From the NCBI RefSeq assembly GCF_013372265.1, contig NZ_CP054051.1, positions 972,587 through 1,004,586 of the forward strand: a stretch of 32,000 nt of DNA, written 5' to 3'. Below, in pieces: positions 19,113 through 28,110 of the stretch. The first letter of the stretch is position 1, and the number at the start of each line of letters is the position of its first letter. Below the pieces are notes generated by a model. That model saw only the letters and a list, made by a program, of their open reading frames with translations. It was not told the origin of the DNA and searched no databases. The DNA comes from Aliarcobacter cibarius (GTDB taxonomy: Bacteria > Campylobacterota > Campylobacteria > Campylobacterales > Arcobacteraceae). The position numbers and the translations under genes were made by a program.

Positions 19113-20799
19113 AGGATTAAATATACAAAATAGACTTATAAATGATACTATTTACAATCACATTGAATATACAAAACTTGAAGATAAAATTCTTCAAACA
19201 AAGATTGTAAATAGATTACAATTTATCACTCAAAATGCGCTAGCATATTTTTCATATCCATCAATAACTACAAAAAGATTCATTCATAGTTTAGGAACTA
19301 TGCATTTAAGTTCATTTTTGTTTAAAAATGCTCTTTTAAATGCTGATAAAAAAACAAAAAATAATTTCTTATCAAGTTTAAAAAACACAATAGTTGCAAT
19401 AATTATAGAAGAGAATTTAAAACTTACTTTTGATGATATGGATTATTTTGATAATAAAGCATTGTATCAATTTACAATACCAACAAAATCAAAATCTCAA
19501 AGAGCAACTTATACTATTTTTTTACAAACTATAAGAATAGTTGCTCTGCTTCATGATGTTGGGCATCTTCCATTTTCTCATCAAGTTGAATATGCTTTAA
19601 AAAAAGTTTATCAAAAAATAAAATTAAAAAAAGAAAATAAAGAAGAACTTTTCGAAAAAGAGTTGAGATTTAAAAGTAATTATGAAGAGATTACAAATTA
19701 TGGTAAAGATGTTTTACATGAAGCAATAGGAGAAAATCTTTTAAAGCTACTTTTTGATTATGAGTTAGAGGAGTTGATTTCTAAAGAGTATGAAAAAGAG
19801 TATTTAAAACTGATTAAAAGATTGGCTATTTTGATTTTAGAAGAACAAACTTTTGAAAATTTTGATTTCAAAGTTTTACATAATTTTATAGATAGCACAG
19901 TTGATGCTGATAGATTAGATTATATAAATAGAGATATGCTTGCAAGTGGATATATTACAGGACCAAATGATCATATTAGAATCACAAAACAAGCAGTTTT
20001 AGTAGAAAAAGATTGCGCTTTTTATTTAAGTTTTTATGATATGAGTTTAATTGATATTGAGCATATGTTAGAGATGAGGTTTAATCTTTATAAAAAAGTT
20101 ATTTTTAATCATGGAATTGCAAAAACAGATACTTTACTTGAAACTGTAGTTCAATATTTAGCTAGTAAATATTTTGAAAATGAGAATGAAGAAGAGAAAC
20201 TTTCAAATTCAATTTCTATGCTTTGGAATTTTAAAAATATAAATAAACAAAAAGAGTTAGATACTATTTCAATGCTTGATGAAAATTGGTTAATTTCATT
20301 ATTTAAAAATAGATATTTTGATATAAAAAATAAAGATATTCTATCAAAAGAAGATATGAAATATATGTATTGTTTTGAAGAAGTTTTATTTGGCAAAAGA
20401 AGATTTAGAAGTCCTTGGAAAAACTTAAACGAGTTTTATAAAGTTCTTGATTTTACTACTGTAGAGAGATATAAATTTAGAGAAAGTTTTGGTTATATAA
20501 CTCCAAATAGATTAAACAAACTACAATTTGCCTTAGATAATATTATAAAAAAATATGAAGAAGATGAACTATTTTTTGAGTATCAAATAGTATCTTTCAA
20601 TTTGGGAATTTCAAAAGATTTTTATTTGTATGATGGAGATGAGTTAATAAATATAGATGAAATATCTACTTTAAGAAAAAGGTTAAAATATTCTATGAGA
20701 AATACAGTTCCTTTTTATCTTTATTCAAATAAAAAGACATTATCGCCTGAAATGAAAGTAGATTTAAAAGAAATGTTGTTTGATATATTTGAGAAATAG
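19045..20799 (+). CDS. HD-superfamily phosphohydrolase (dGTPase-like); start codon uncertain
   Basis: RFIHSLGTMHLSSFL, LLHDVGHLPFSHQVE and IDSTVDADRLDYINRDMLASG. The listed start overlaps the PhoH gene by 68 nt. Confidence 0.88.
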   Translation: MKKRFVVSLQSLQKEFLKTKINKGLNIQNRLINDTIYNHIEYTKLEDKILQTKIVNRLQFITQNALAYFSYPSITTKRFIHSLGTMHLSSFLFKNALLNADKKTKNNFLSSLKNTIVAIIIEENLKLTFDDMDYFDNKALYQFTIPTKSKSQRATYTIFLQTIRIVALLHDVGHLPFSHQVEYALKKVYQKIKLKKENKEELFEKELRFKSNYEEITNYGKDVLHEAIGENLLKLLFDYELEELISKEYEKEYLKLIKRLAILILEEQTFENFDFKVLHNFIDSTVDADRLDYINRDMLASGYITGPNDHIRITKQAVLVEKDCAFYLSFYDMSLIDIEHMLEMRFNLYKKVIFNHGIAKTDTLLETVVQYLASKYFENENEEEKLSNSISMLWNFKNINKQKELDTISMLDENWLISLFKNRYFDIKNKDILSKEDMKYMYCFEEVLFGKRRFRSPWKNLNEFYKVLDFTTVERYKFRESFGYITPNRLNKLQFALDNIIKKYEEDELFFEYQIVSFNLGISKDFYLYDGDELINIDEISTLRKRLKYSMRNTVPFYLYSNKKTLSPEMKVDLKEMLFDIFEK

Positions 20800-20866
20800 T
20801 TCTTTTTGGAATTTCTCTTTTAAAATCTATTTGATATAATATTTTAAGTAATTTATAGGATAGAAA

Positions 20867-21685
20867 ATGAAAGATTTCTTCTCGATGATATCTTTGCTTT
20901 TTAGACCTTTTTTTGGAGGAACTTTAGAAGAAGGAATAAAAGCTTATGATGAGTTTGATTATATAAAAGCTTTTAAAATTTTTCAGAAATTTGCAAGTCA
21001 AAATAATTCAACTGCACAATACTATTTAGGAAAAATGTATGAAAAAGCTGATTTTGTTGATAAAGATATAAGTCAAGCTATTTGTTATTTCCAAGAAGCT
21101 TCAAAAAATAATCATGCAGATGCAGCATTTGCTCTAGGAATGATTTATCATAGAGGAAAAGATGTACCAAAAGATGATGATTTAGCAAAAGATTATTTTG
21201 ATTTAGCAATTGTAAATGGAAATATTGAAGCAAAAAAAATAATGAAATTATTTGAAGAAAGTGAAGTAATTTACTCTTTAAGAGATGGAATAGAACTTTT
21301 CAAAAAAGAGGAGTTTTTAAAAGCTTTAGATATTTTTAAAGCTCTTGCGAAGAAAAATGATACAGATGCGCTATTTTATATTGGATATATTTGTGAATAT
21401 TTTGATTTTGAAGGTAAACCTGATAATATTGAACCTTTTGAACTCTTTTTAATATCTGCAAATAACGGGAATAGAAATGCTCAATATGAGATGGGACTTC
21501 AAGCTTATTATAAAGATAAATATGAAGAAGCTGTTTCTTGGTATGAAAAAGCTGCAAAACAGGGCTTAAAAGATGCTCAAAAGAATTTATCGACTATGTA
21601 TGAGTTAGGTTATGGTGTTAAAAAAGATTTAGAAATGGCTAAATTTTGGATGAAAGAATTTTTGAATAATAAAGAGGAAGTATGA
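20867..21685 (+). CDS. Sel1-repeat (TPR-like) protein
   Basis: Repeated AQYYLGKMYEKADFVDKDISQAICYFQEASKNNHADAAFALGMIYHRGK-type units. Confidence 0.9.
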   Translation: MKDFFSMISLLFRPFFGGTLEEGIKAYDEFDYIKAFKIFQKFASQNNSTAQYYLGKMYEKADFVDKDISQAICYFQEASKNNHADAAFALGMIYHRGKDVPKDDDLAKDYFDLAIVNGNIEAKKIMKLFEESEVIYSLRDGIELFKKEEFLKALDIFKALAKKNDTDALFYIGYICEYFDFEGKPDNIEPFELFLISANNGNRNAQYEMGLQAYYKDKYEEAVSWYEKAAKQGLKDAQKNLSTMYELGYGVKKDLEMAKFWMKEFLNNKEEV

Positions 21686-22185
21686 AAAAAATAGTTTTAT
21701 TTTTTATTTTAGTTAAAAGTTTGTACGCAGAAAATTTTAATGATGTAACAAAAGCGTTAGAAAAAGATGATTATAAAAATGCTTATACAATTTTAAAAAG
21801 TTTAGAAAATAAACAAGATAAAAATGTGTTATTTGAGTTAGCAAGACTATATGATTATGGTTGTTGGGTTCGTCAAAATATTAGTGAAGCTGTAAAGTAT
21901 TATAAAAAAGCTGCGGCTTTAGGACATGTTGAAGCAAAGTATAATTTGGGAATTATCTATTATTTAGGTGAAGATAATTTAAAAAATTCAGATGGTAAAA
22001 TTACAGCTTGTAACAAATATATGGATGAAAAAGATGATATAAAACCTAGCTTAGCTGTTTTACAAGCTGATGATAAAGAGGCTTTAAATTGGTTCTTAAA
22101 AGCAAATAAAGAAGGACATAGTGAAGCAAAAAATTCAATTAATCTTATTTGTGATAGTAAACCAGAAATTTGTAAGCAAAAATAG
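21682..22185 (+). CDS. Exported Sel1-repeat protein
   Basis: Signal peptide followed by Sel1 units (AVKYYKKAAALGHVEAKYNLGIIYYLG). Overlaps the upstream ORF by 4 nt. Confidence 0.88.
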   Translation: MKKIVLFFILVKSLYAENFNDVTKALEKDDYKNAYTILKSLENKQDKNVLFELARLYDYGCWVRQNISEAVKYYKKAAALGHVEAKYNLGIIYYLGEDNLKNSDGKITACNKYMDEKDDIKPSLAVLQADDKEALNWFLKANKEGHSEAKNSINLICDSKPEICKQK

Positions 22186-22277
22186 ATTTTTGCTTAACAA
22201 ATTATAATAGGTGAACTACTTCTTGGAATTACTTCTCCAATAATTTTTGCATATCCAAAACTAAGTTCTTCAAGTTC
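22101..22277. repeat. 177-bp perfect direct repeat, left copy (host-derived: Sel1 gene 3' end plus selD 3' end)
   Basis: Read base by base as identical to 25671-25847; constant offset 3570. Confidence 0.97.
22173..22196. terminator. Bidirectional hairpin between convergent Sel1 gene and selD (left copy)
   Basis: TAAGCAAAAA-taga-TTTTTGCTTA, perfect 10-bp stem. Overlaps the Sel1-gene stop. Confidence 0.75.
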
Positions 22278-22420
22278 CTGACTTCATCACTTTTTCATAA
22301 TTATTAAAAAAATGGTCTCAAAAACTCGAATTCATGGGCCTCTAATTTTAAAATTGGGTGACCCACGATATAATTTTATATGTTTATACGTAAAATAAGA
22401 AGTTAAAATTGTAGTATTAT

Positions 22421-23881
22421 CCCGGATTTTGCAATAGGATATTCTTGGTATAAATTAATCTTATAATAATTACTAAATTTCTGGCACAAATAATCTAAAA
22501 TATCTTATTTATATTTATATGGCTTGGTGACTTGTTTTATATTTTCAAATAATCCATCCATCCAAGATCTTCTTTTCCTTGGAAGTGATATATTTAGTAC
22601 TTTTTCATTCTCATGATTTGTCATCCAAGATCCTAATGCAAAGCAATAGGATCTTAATGTTGAAAGTTGCATATTTGTTTGTAAAATTTGATGTTTAAAA
22701 AGTGCCATAATATTGTATGCCACCAGCATAAATCTATGAGCAGCTTCAGTTGCATAGAATTTATCAAGTGCAAAATTATCTAATCCAAAATCATATTTTA
22801 ATTCTTTGATTCTATTTTCTGCATCTGCTCTTGTATTATAAATATTATATACTTGATCAAGAGGAAGAGTAAGATTAGTAACATAAGCACTATATCTATA
22901 TGTAGGTTCATCAAATAGTAATTTACCTCCACTATTTGGATAGTTTTCAACTTTTTTTCTAACTAAAATATATCTTCTTGTATTATTAGTATTATTTGGT
23001 TTGAAATATAGTTCTGCTACATCTAAACCTTTAGTAATAGATGACCAATCTTCAATTGAGCCTATTTCATATTTAAAATTTTCATAGAACTTTACTGCTA
23101 TTACATAATTTAGATCTCTTTTTTCAAACCAAGATAAAAATTTATCACTATAAAATCCACTATCAGCTCTTACTAGTCCAACAGATTTATTTTTTAATAC
23201 TACATCAAATGTCTCTTCCAAAAATGCTTTATAATTATTTGTATCTGAAGTATTACCTGCTCTTAGCCATGCATTTGCAACCATCTTTGTTTGATCTACA
23301 AATGCCATTAAAGGATGATGAGATTTTCTTCCTTTTTTCTTTGGATTATATCCAATAGCACTTCTTTCTTGATTTCCATATCTTGTAATAACTGTTGAAT
23401 CTAAATCTATTGTTAGCTTTCCAACTTTAAACTGATCCATAAACCATTGTTGTAATTGTGGAAATATTTGTGAGTTTTTCTCAATATCAAATTTATAGAA
23501 AAATCTATTGTATGTACTACTTGAAGGAAGTTTATCTAGTTCAAATATTGATTGCAGTGTTGTATCATAACGAAGCCAATCTGTATGAGAAAATCTATTA
23601 CCACCTGTAATAATACTAAGCCAAAAACCTAATATTAAAATAGTTGGATCATATCCTCTATTTGAATTTGGTTGAGGAATATTTAGTTCATTTAAATAAG
23701 GTAATATTTGTAAGTGATCTATAAAATCTTTTAATAATTTCATACCTCCCCAAGGAGTTACTTTTTTATCTGAATAAGCAATTTTTAACTCACCCATTTG
23801 GTGATCCTTATAAATGAAGTTGTAGAGACTATTATATGCCAGTTTGTTTTAGATTATCATTTCTCTATTGAAAAATTTGGG
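22421..23881 (-). mobile_element. IS1380-family element A
   Basis: Terminal repeats CCCGGATTTTGCAATAG (22421-22437) and CTATTGAAAAATTTGGG (23865-23881), 14/17 matched; ATTAT duplication on both sides (22416-22420, 23882-23886). Confidence 0.82.
22505..23797 (-). CDS. IS1380-family transposase (element A)
   Basis: 430 aa with LTIDLDSTVITRYGNQERSAIGYNPKKKGRKSHHPLMAFVDQTK and YNTRADAENRIKELKYDFGLDNF. Confidence 0.92.
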   Translation of the reverse strand: MGELKIAYSDKKVTPWGGMKLLKDFIDHLQILPYLNELNIPQPNSNRGYDPTILILGFWLSIITGGNRFSHTDWLRYDTTLQSIFELDKLPSSSTYNRFFYKFDIEKNSQIFPQLQQWFMDQFKVGKLTIDLDSTVITRYGNQERSAIGYNPKKKGRKSHHPLMAFVDQTKMVANAWLRAGNTSDTNNYKAFLEETFDVVLKNKSVGLVRADSGFYSDKFLSWFEKRDLNYVIAVKFYENFKYEIGSIEDWSSITKGLDVAELYFKPNNTNNTRRYILVRKKVENYPNSGGKLLFDEPTYRYSAYVTNLTLPLDQVYNIYNTRADAENRIKELKYDFGLDNFALDKFYATEAAHRFMLVAYNIMALFKHQILQTNMQLSTLRSYCFALGSWMTNHENEKVLNISLPRKRRSWMDGLFENIKQVTKPYKYK

Positions 23882-23924
23882 ATTATTATTTAAATCTCAT
23901 AAAATAAATCAAAAATATAATTAT

Positions 23925-25394
23925 CCCAGATTATGCAATAGAAGAAGCAATAAAATATTTATTTATAACTAAAAGTTATAGATTTTCTCTGTAATTTTTA
24001 AGTATTTTTATTGAAAATTATCTATGTATACTTAAAGGGAATTTGACTTTGTTTTACGTTTTCAAATAAACCATTCATCCAAGTTCTTCTTTTTTGTGGA
24101 AGTGATATTTTTAGTACTTTTTGATTTGAATGTTCTGTTATCCAAGATCCTAATGCAAAGCAATAGGATCGTAGTGTTGAAAGCATCATATTTGAATTTA
24201 CTACTTCATGTTTAAAAAGTGCCATAATATTGTATGCCATCATAATAAATCTAAAAGAGGCTTCTGTGGCATAAAAATCTTTTAAGCAGAAGTTATCAGC
24301 TCCAAAATCATATTTAAGTTCTTTTATTCTATTTTCACAATCAGCTCTTGTGTTATATATATTATAAATTTGATCAACTGGCAGTTCAATATTAGTAACA
24401 TAAGCACTATATCTATATATAGGTTCATCGAATAGAAGTTTACCACCTGATTTTGGGTATTCTTCACTTAATTTTCTAACAATTATATATCTTCTTTCAC
24501 TTCCGTTATCAGGTTTAAATCTTAGGCTTGCTACATCAAGTCCTTTTGTGATTTTAATCCACTTAGTTATATTTCCAATGGTGTATTTTATATTTTCATA
24601 AAATTTTACAGCCACAATATAATTAATACCTCTTTTTTCAAACCATTCTAAGAATTCTTGTGAATAAAATCCACTATCTGCTCTTACAAGTCCAACTTTT
24701 TTATCTTTTAAGCATATATCAAATGTCTCATTTAAAAATGCGTCATAATTATTAAGTGAACTAGTATTACCACTTCTCATCCATGTATTTGCTATCATTT
24801 TTGTTTGATCTATAAATGCAATAATTGGATGATGTGAGTTTCTACCAGGTTTTTTAGGGTTATAACCTTTCTTAGCTCCTTCTTGTTCACCATATCTTGT
24901 TATTACTGTTGAATCTAAATCAATTGTTAGTGGTCCTACATCTAGTTGTGAAAGGAATTTTTGTTGTAATATTGGAAATATTTCAGAATTCTTTTCAATA
25001 TTAAATTTATGAAAAAATCTGCTATATGTTGATTGACTTGGCAATTTATCTATTTCAAATATTGTTTGTAATGTTGTATCATATCTTAACCAATCGGCAT
25101 GGATATATCTACTTGCTCCTGTAAATATAGCTAACCAAAATCCTTGAATAATATTTATTGGATCATATGCTCTATTTGAAAATCCAATAGGTAAATTTAC
25201 ACTTTTTAAATCTTCAATTACTCTTGTTTTATCTATAAAATTTTTTAATAATTTCATCCCACCAAATGGTGTAACTTTTTTATCAGAATACTCAATTTTT
25301 AATTCACCCATTTGGTGTTCCTTATGAATGCTTATGAAGTGTTATTTTATGGTACTTTATTTTAGATTCTTATTTAGCTATTGCATAATGCGGG
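23925..25394 (-). mobile_element. IS1380-family element B
   Basis: Terminal repeats CCCAGATTATGCAATAG (23925-23941) and CTATTGCATAATGCGGG (25378-25394), 15/17 matched; ATTAT on both sides (23920-23924, 25395-25399). Confidence 0.82.
24022..25311 (-). CDS. IS1380-family transposase (element B)
   Basis: 429 aa, clearly homologous to element A's transposase along its full length but diverged throughout. Confidence 0.92.
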   Translation of the reverse strand: MGELKIEYSDKKVTPFGGMKLLKNFIDKTRVIEDLKSVNLPIGFSNRAYDPINIIQGFWLAIFTGASRYIHADWLRYDTTLQTIFEIDKLPSQSTYSRFFHKFNIEKNSEIFPILQQKFLSQLDVGPLTIDLDSTVITRYGEQEGAKKGYNPKKPGRNSHHPIIAFIDQTKMIANTWMRSGNTSSLNNYDAFLNETFDICLKDKKVGLVRADSGFYSQEFLEWFEKRGINYIVAVKFYENIKYTIGNITKWIKITKGLDVASLRFKPDNGSERRYIIVRKLSEEYPKSGGKLLFDEPIYRYSAYVTNIELPVDQIYNIYNTRADCENRIKELKYDFGADNFCLKDFYATEASFRFIMMAYNIMALFKHEVVNSNMMLSTLRSYCFALGSWITEHSNQKVLKISLPQKRRTWMNGLFENVKQSQIPFKYT

Positions 25395-25670
25395 ATTATT
25401 TAACTACTTAAAATACAATATTTATCGAATTATTGTATAAAAGCCTTAAGTTGATTCAATAATTTCTTATAAAGTTTATAAAAAATGTAAAATAAGTATA
25501 GAAAAAATTTATGACAAAAATTTGTTAGTAAAAAAGCATTTGAACATTTTAAACAATATACAGAATAGAATAAATTAATCAAAAGAAAGAATATAAATTT
25601 TGAATTTTTACAACTAAAAATACAAAATATTATAGATTTTTAATTTGGGTGACCCATTGATGAAGTCAGG

Positions 25671-25847
25671 AGCAAATAAAGAAGGACATAGTGAAGCAAA
25701 AAATTCAATTAATCTTATTTGTGATAGTAAACCAGAAATTTGTAAGCAAAAATAGATTTTTGCTTAACAAATTATAATAGGTGAACTACTTCTTGGAATT
25801 ACTTCTCCAATAATTTTTGCATATCCAAAACTAAGTTCTTCAAGTTC
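25671..25847. repeat. 177-bp perfect direct repeat, right copy
   Basis: Identical to 22101-22277. Includes a decapitated copy of the Sel1-gene tail (ending 25755) and the functional selD 3' end. Confidence 0.97.
25743..25766. terminator. Bidirectional hairpin downstream of selD (right copy)
   Basis: TAAGCAAAAA-taga-TTTTTGCTTA, overlapping the selD stop codon. Confidence 0.75.
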
Positions 25848-26801
25848 TTTTATATACTCTTTTGCATCATCTTTATTCATTGATATTAAAAGTCCACCAG
25901 ATGTTTGAGCATCACAAAGTAAAGCTTTATAATACTCTTCTAGATTTTTTAAATATAAAACTTTGTCTTCACAAAATTTCATATTTTTCTTTGTTCCTCC
26001 TGGAATTACACCATCTTTTGCAAAAGTTATAGCTTCTTTTACAAGTGGTATATCATTGCAAGATAAACTAAAAGATATTTCTTCATTTATACATTCAAAA
26101 GCATGTCCTAAAAGACCAAATCCAGTAATATCCGTACAAGAATTTATTCTATATTTTTTCATAATCTTTGATGGCAAATAGTTTAAACTAGCCATAATTT
26201 TTGCGCACTCTTTAATAACAGAAATATCTGTTAAATCTCTTTTTATAGCCGTAGTTAAAACACCCATTCCAAGAGGTTTTGTAAGAACTAACACATCACC
26301 AACTTTTGCACTATTATTTCTAATAACATCGTTTGGATGTATTGTTCCTGTAACACTTAGTCCATAGTACATTTCAGGTGATTCAATAGTATGTCCACCA
26401 AGAAGTGCTCCACCGCACTCTTTGATTTTTTCAAAACCACCTCTTAATATTTCTCCTAGTGCATCTTTTGATAGATTTTTTTTGTCGAAACCTACAATAT
26501 TTAAAGCAGTTTTTACTTCAGCCCCCATTGCAAATACATCACTAAGTGAATTTGCAGCAGCTATTTGCCCATAAATATAGGGGTCATCAACAACAGGTGT
26601 TATAAAATCCAAAGTTTGAACTATTGCTAAATCATCACTTAGTCTAAAAACTCCAGCATCATCACTTGTATCAAATCCTATTAAAACTTGTTCATTTTTG
26701 CCATTTAAGTTACAAAGAGTTTGTTTTAGGTCCGCCGAACCCATCTTTGCTGCTCAACCAGCTGCTTGAACAAATTTAGTTAGTTTATATTCGTTGTTCA
26801 T
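25764..26801 (-). CDS. selD: Selenophosphate synthetase SelD, itself a selenoprotein (TGA/Sec at codon 16)
   Basis: The frame reads MNNEYKLTKFVQAAG-U-AAKMGSADLKQTLCNLNGKNEQVLIGFDTSDDAGVF... from ATG 26801-26799; TGA at 26754-26756 falls at the catalytic Cys/Sec position. 346 codons including stop. The ORF track starts late, at 26744. Confidence 0.95.
26729..26741 (-). promoter_or_regulatory. Candidate bacterial SECIS apical hairpin in selD mRNA
   Basis: mRNA GGUUC-GGC-GGACC (5 bp including one G-U, loop GGC) starting 12 nt downstream of the UGA. Confidence 0.45.
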
Positions 26802-27018
26802 TTATACTTTCTTTCTTTAAAATGACACTATTATACAAGTAGAAGAGTAAAATTTTAGTTAAGAATAGTAAATTATTTTTTACTATTTAAGCATTTACTT
26901 ATAGATTATTTATTAAGATTGTTTTAATTTAAGTTCACAGACCATAGTTATGGTATGACATAAAGAAAGCTCTTTATATCTTCAATTCGAACTAATCAAT
27001 TATAAAGAATAAATTACG

Positions 27019-28110
27019 ATGAAAAGAAGAACATTTTTTAAAACGACTTTTACACTATCAAGTGCTGCATTTTTATATCCAAGTATTGCACTAGCAACTG
27101 AATCAAACCCTTTTGGAATAACTAAAACTCCTAGAAAATTTAAAGTTTCAAATAAATATGAATTTGAACAAACAAAAGAGATTACTCAACTTTGGATACC
27201 ACTTCCAAAAGATGAAGATTATCAAAAAGTTGTAGGTTTTTCATATAATGGAAATTATAGTGAGGCAGAAATTGTAAAAAATCCATACAATACAAGAGTA
27301 TTATATGTAAAATGGAATAATGCAAATGTAAAACCAACTTTAGACCTTGATTTTGCAGTTGTTATGCAAGAAAGATCAACAGATTTTTCTAAAGCTACAT
27401 CAAGTACAATTTATCCTAGTGAAGTAGTAGAATTTTTAAAAGGAACAGAACATATTCCTGTAACTCCTAAACTTACAAAATATGTAAATGAAATAGTAAA
27501 AGGTGCTAACACTTCACTTGAAAAAGCAAAAGCTATTTATAATTGGACAGTATCAACAATGTATAGAGATGAAAGTGTTATTGGTTGTGGTGTTGGTGAT
27601 GCAAAAAAATCAATTGAAGAGAAAATTTATGGTGGAAAATGTACAGATATAAGTTCTGTATTTGTTTGTCTTTTAAGAAATGCAAAAATTCCTGCGCGAG
27701 AGACTTTTGGAATTAGAGTAGGGCAATCAAAAATCTCAAATGCTTGTGGTAAAGCAGATGAGAAAGGTTTTGCAAATATAACAGGTGCTCAACATTGTAG
27801 AGCAGAATTTTACATAGATGGAATTGGTTGGGTTCCTTGTGATCCTGCTGATGTTACAAAAGTAAAATTAGCTGAAAAATTACCAAATGATGATAAAAAA
27901 CTTCAAAATGTTAAAGATTACTTCTTTGGTTCTTGGGAGATGAATTGGGTAGGGTTTAATAGTGCTAGAGATTTTATACTAGAGCCAAAACCAACTCAAT
28001 ATCCTTTAAATATGTTAGGTTATCCTTATGCTGAAGTTGGTGAGGATGCAAAAGATTATTATAATCCTAAAACATTTACATATAGTTATACATCTCAAGA
28101 GATTTTATGA
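27019..28110 (+). CDS. Transglutaminase-like domain protein, exported
   Basis: Signal sequence; AKAIYNWTVSTMYRD...GGKCTDISSVFVCLLRNAKIPARETFG...CRAEFYIDGIGWVPCDPAD, giving the Cys-His-Asp arrangement. Confidence 0.88.
   Translation: MKRRTFFKTTFTLSSAAFLYPSIALATESNPFGITKTPRKFKVSNKYEFEQTKEITQLWIPLPKDEDYQKVVGFSYNGNYSEAEIVKNPYNTRVLYVKWNNANVKPTLDLDFAVVMQERSTDFSKATSSTIYPSEVVEFLKGTEHIPVTPKLTKYVNEIVKGANTSLEKAKAIYNWTVSTMYRDESVIGCGVGDAKKSIEEKIYGGKCTDISSVFVCLLRNAKIPARETFGIRVGQSKISNACGKADEKGFANITGAQHCRAEFYIDGIGWVPCDPADVTKVKLAEKLPNDDKKLQNVKDYFFGSWEMNWVGFNSARDFILEPKPTQYPLNMLGYPYAEVGEDAKDYYNPKTFTYSYTSQEIL

Larger units (their letters stand above)
22278..25670. mobile_element. Mobile-element remnant bounded by 13-bp inverted repeats and carrying two nested IS1380-type elements
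   Basis: Left end CCTGACTTCATCA (22278-22290), right end TGATGAAGTCAGG (25658-25670), exactly abutting the 177-bp duplication on both sides. Confidence 0.75.

Noticed and set aside
18302-21557. Minus-strand ORFs at 18302..18574, 20151..20396 and 21336..21557
   Set aside because: Antisense to strong PhoH, HD and Sel1-repeat genes; chance open frames in AT-rich DNA.
22194-22277. A second selD gene
   Set aside because: Only the last 28 codons or so of selD are present, inside the left copy of the 177-bp duplication. It is a fragment.
25671-25755. A third Sel1-repeat gene
   Set aside because: Only the 3' tail of the 21682-22185 gene, carried in the right copy of the duplication.
25963-26181. 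Plus-strand ORF 25963..26181
   Set aside because: Antisense inside selD with no supporting features.
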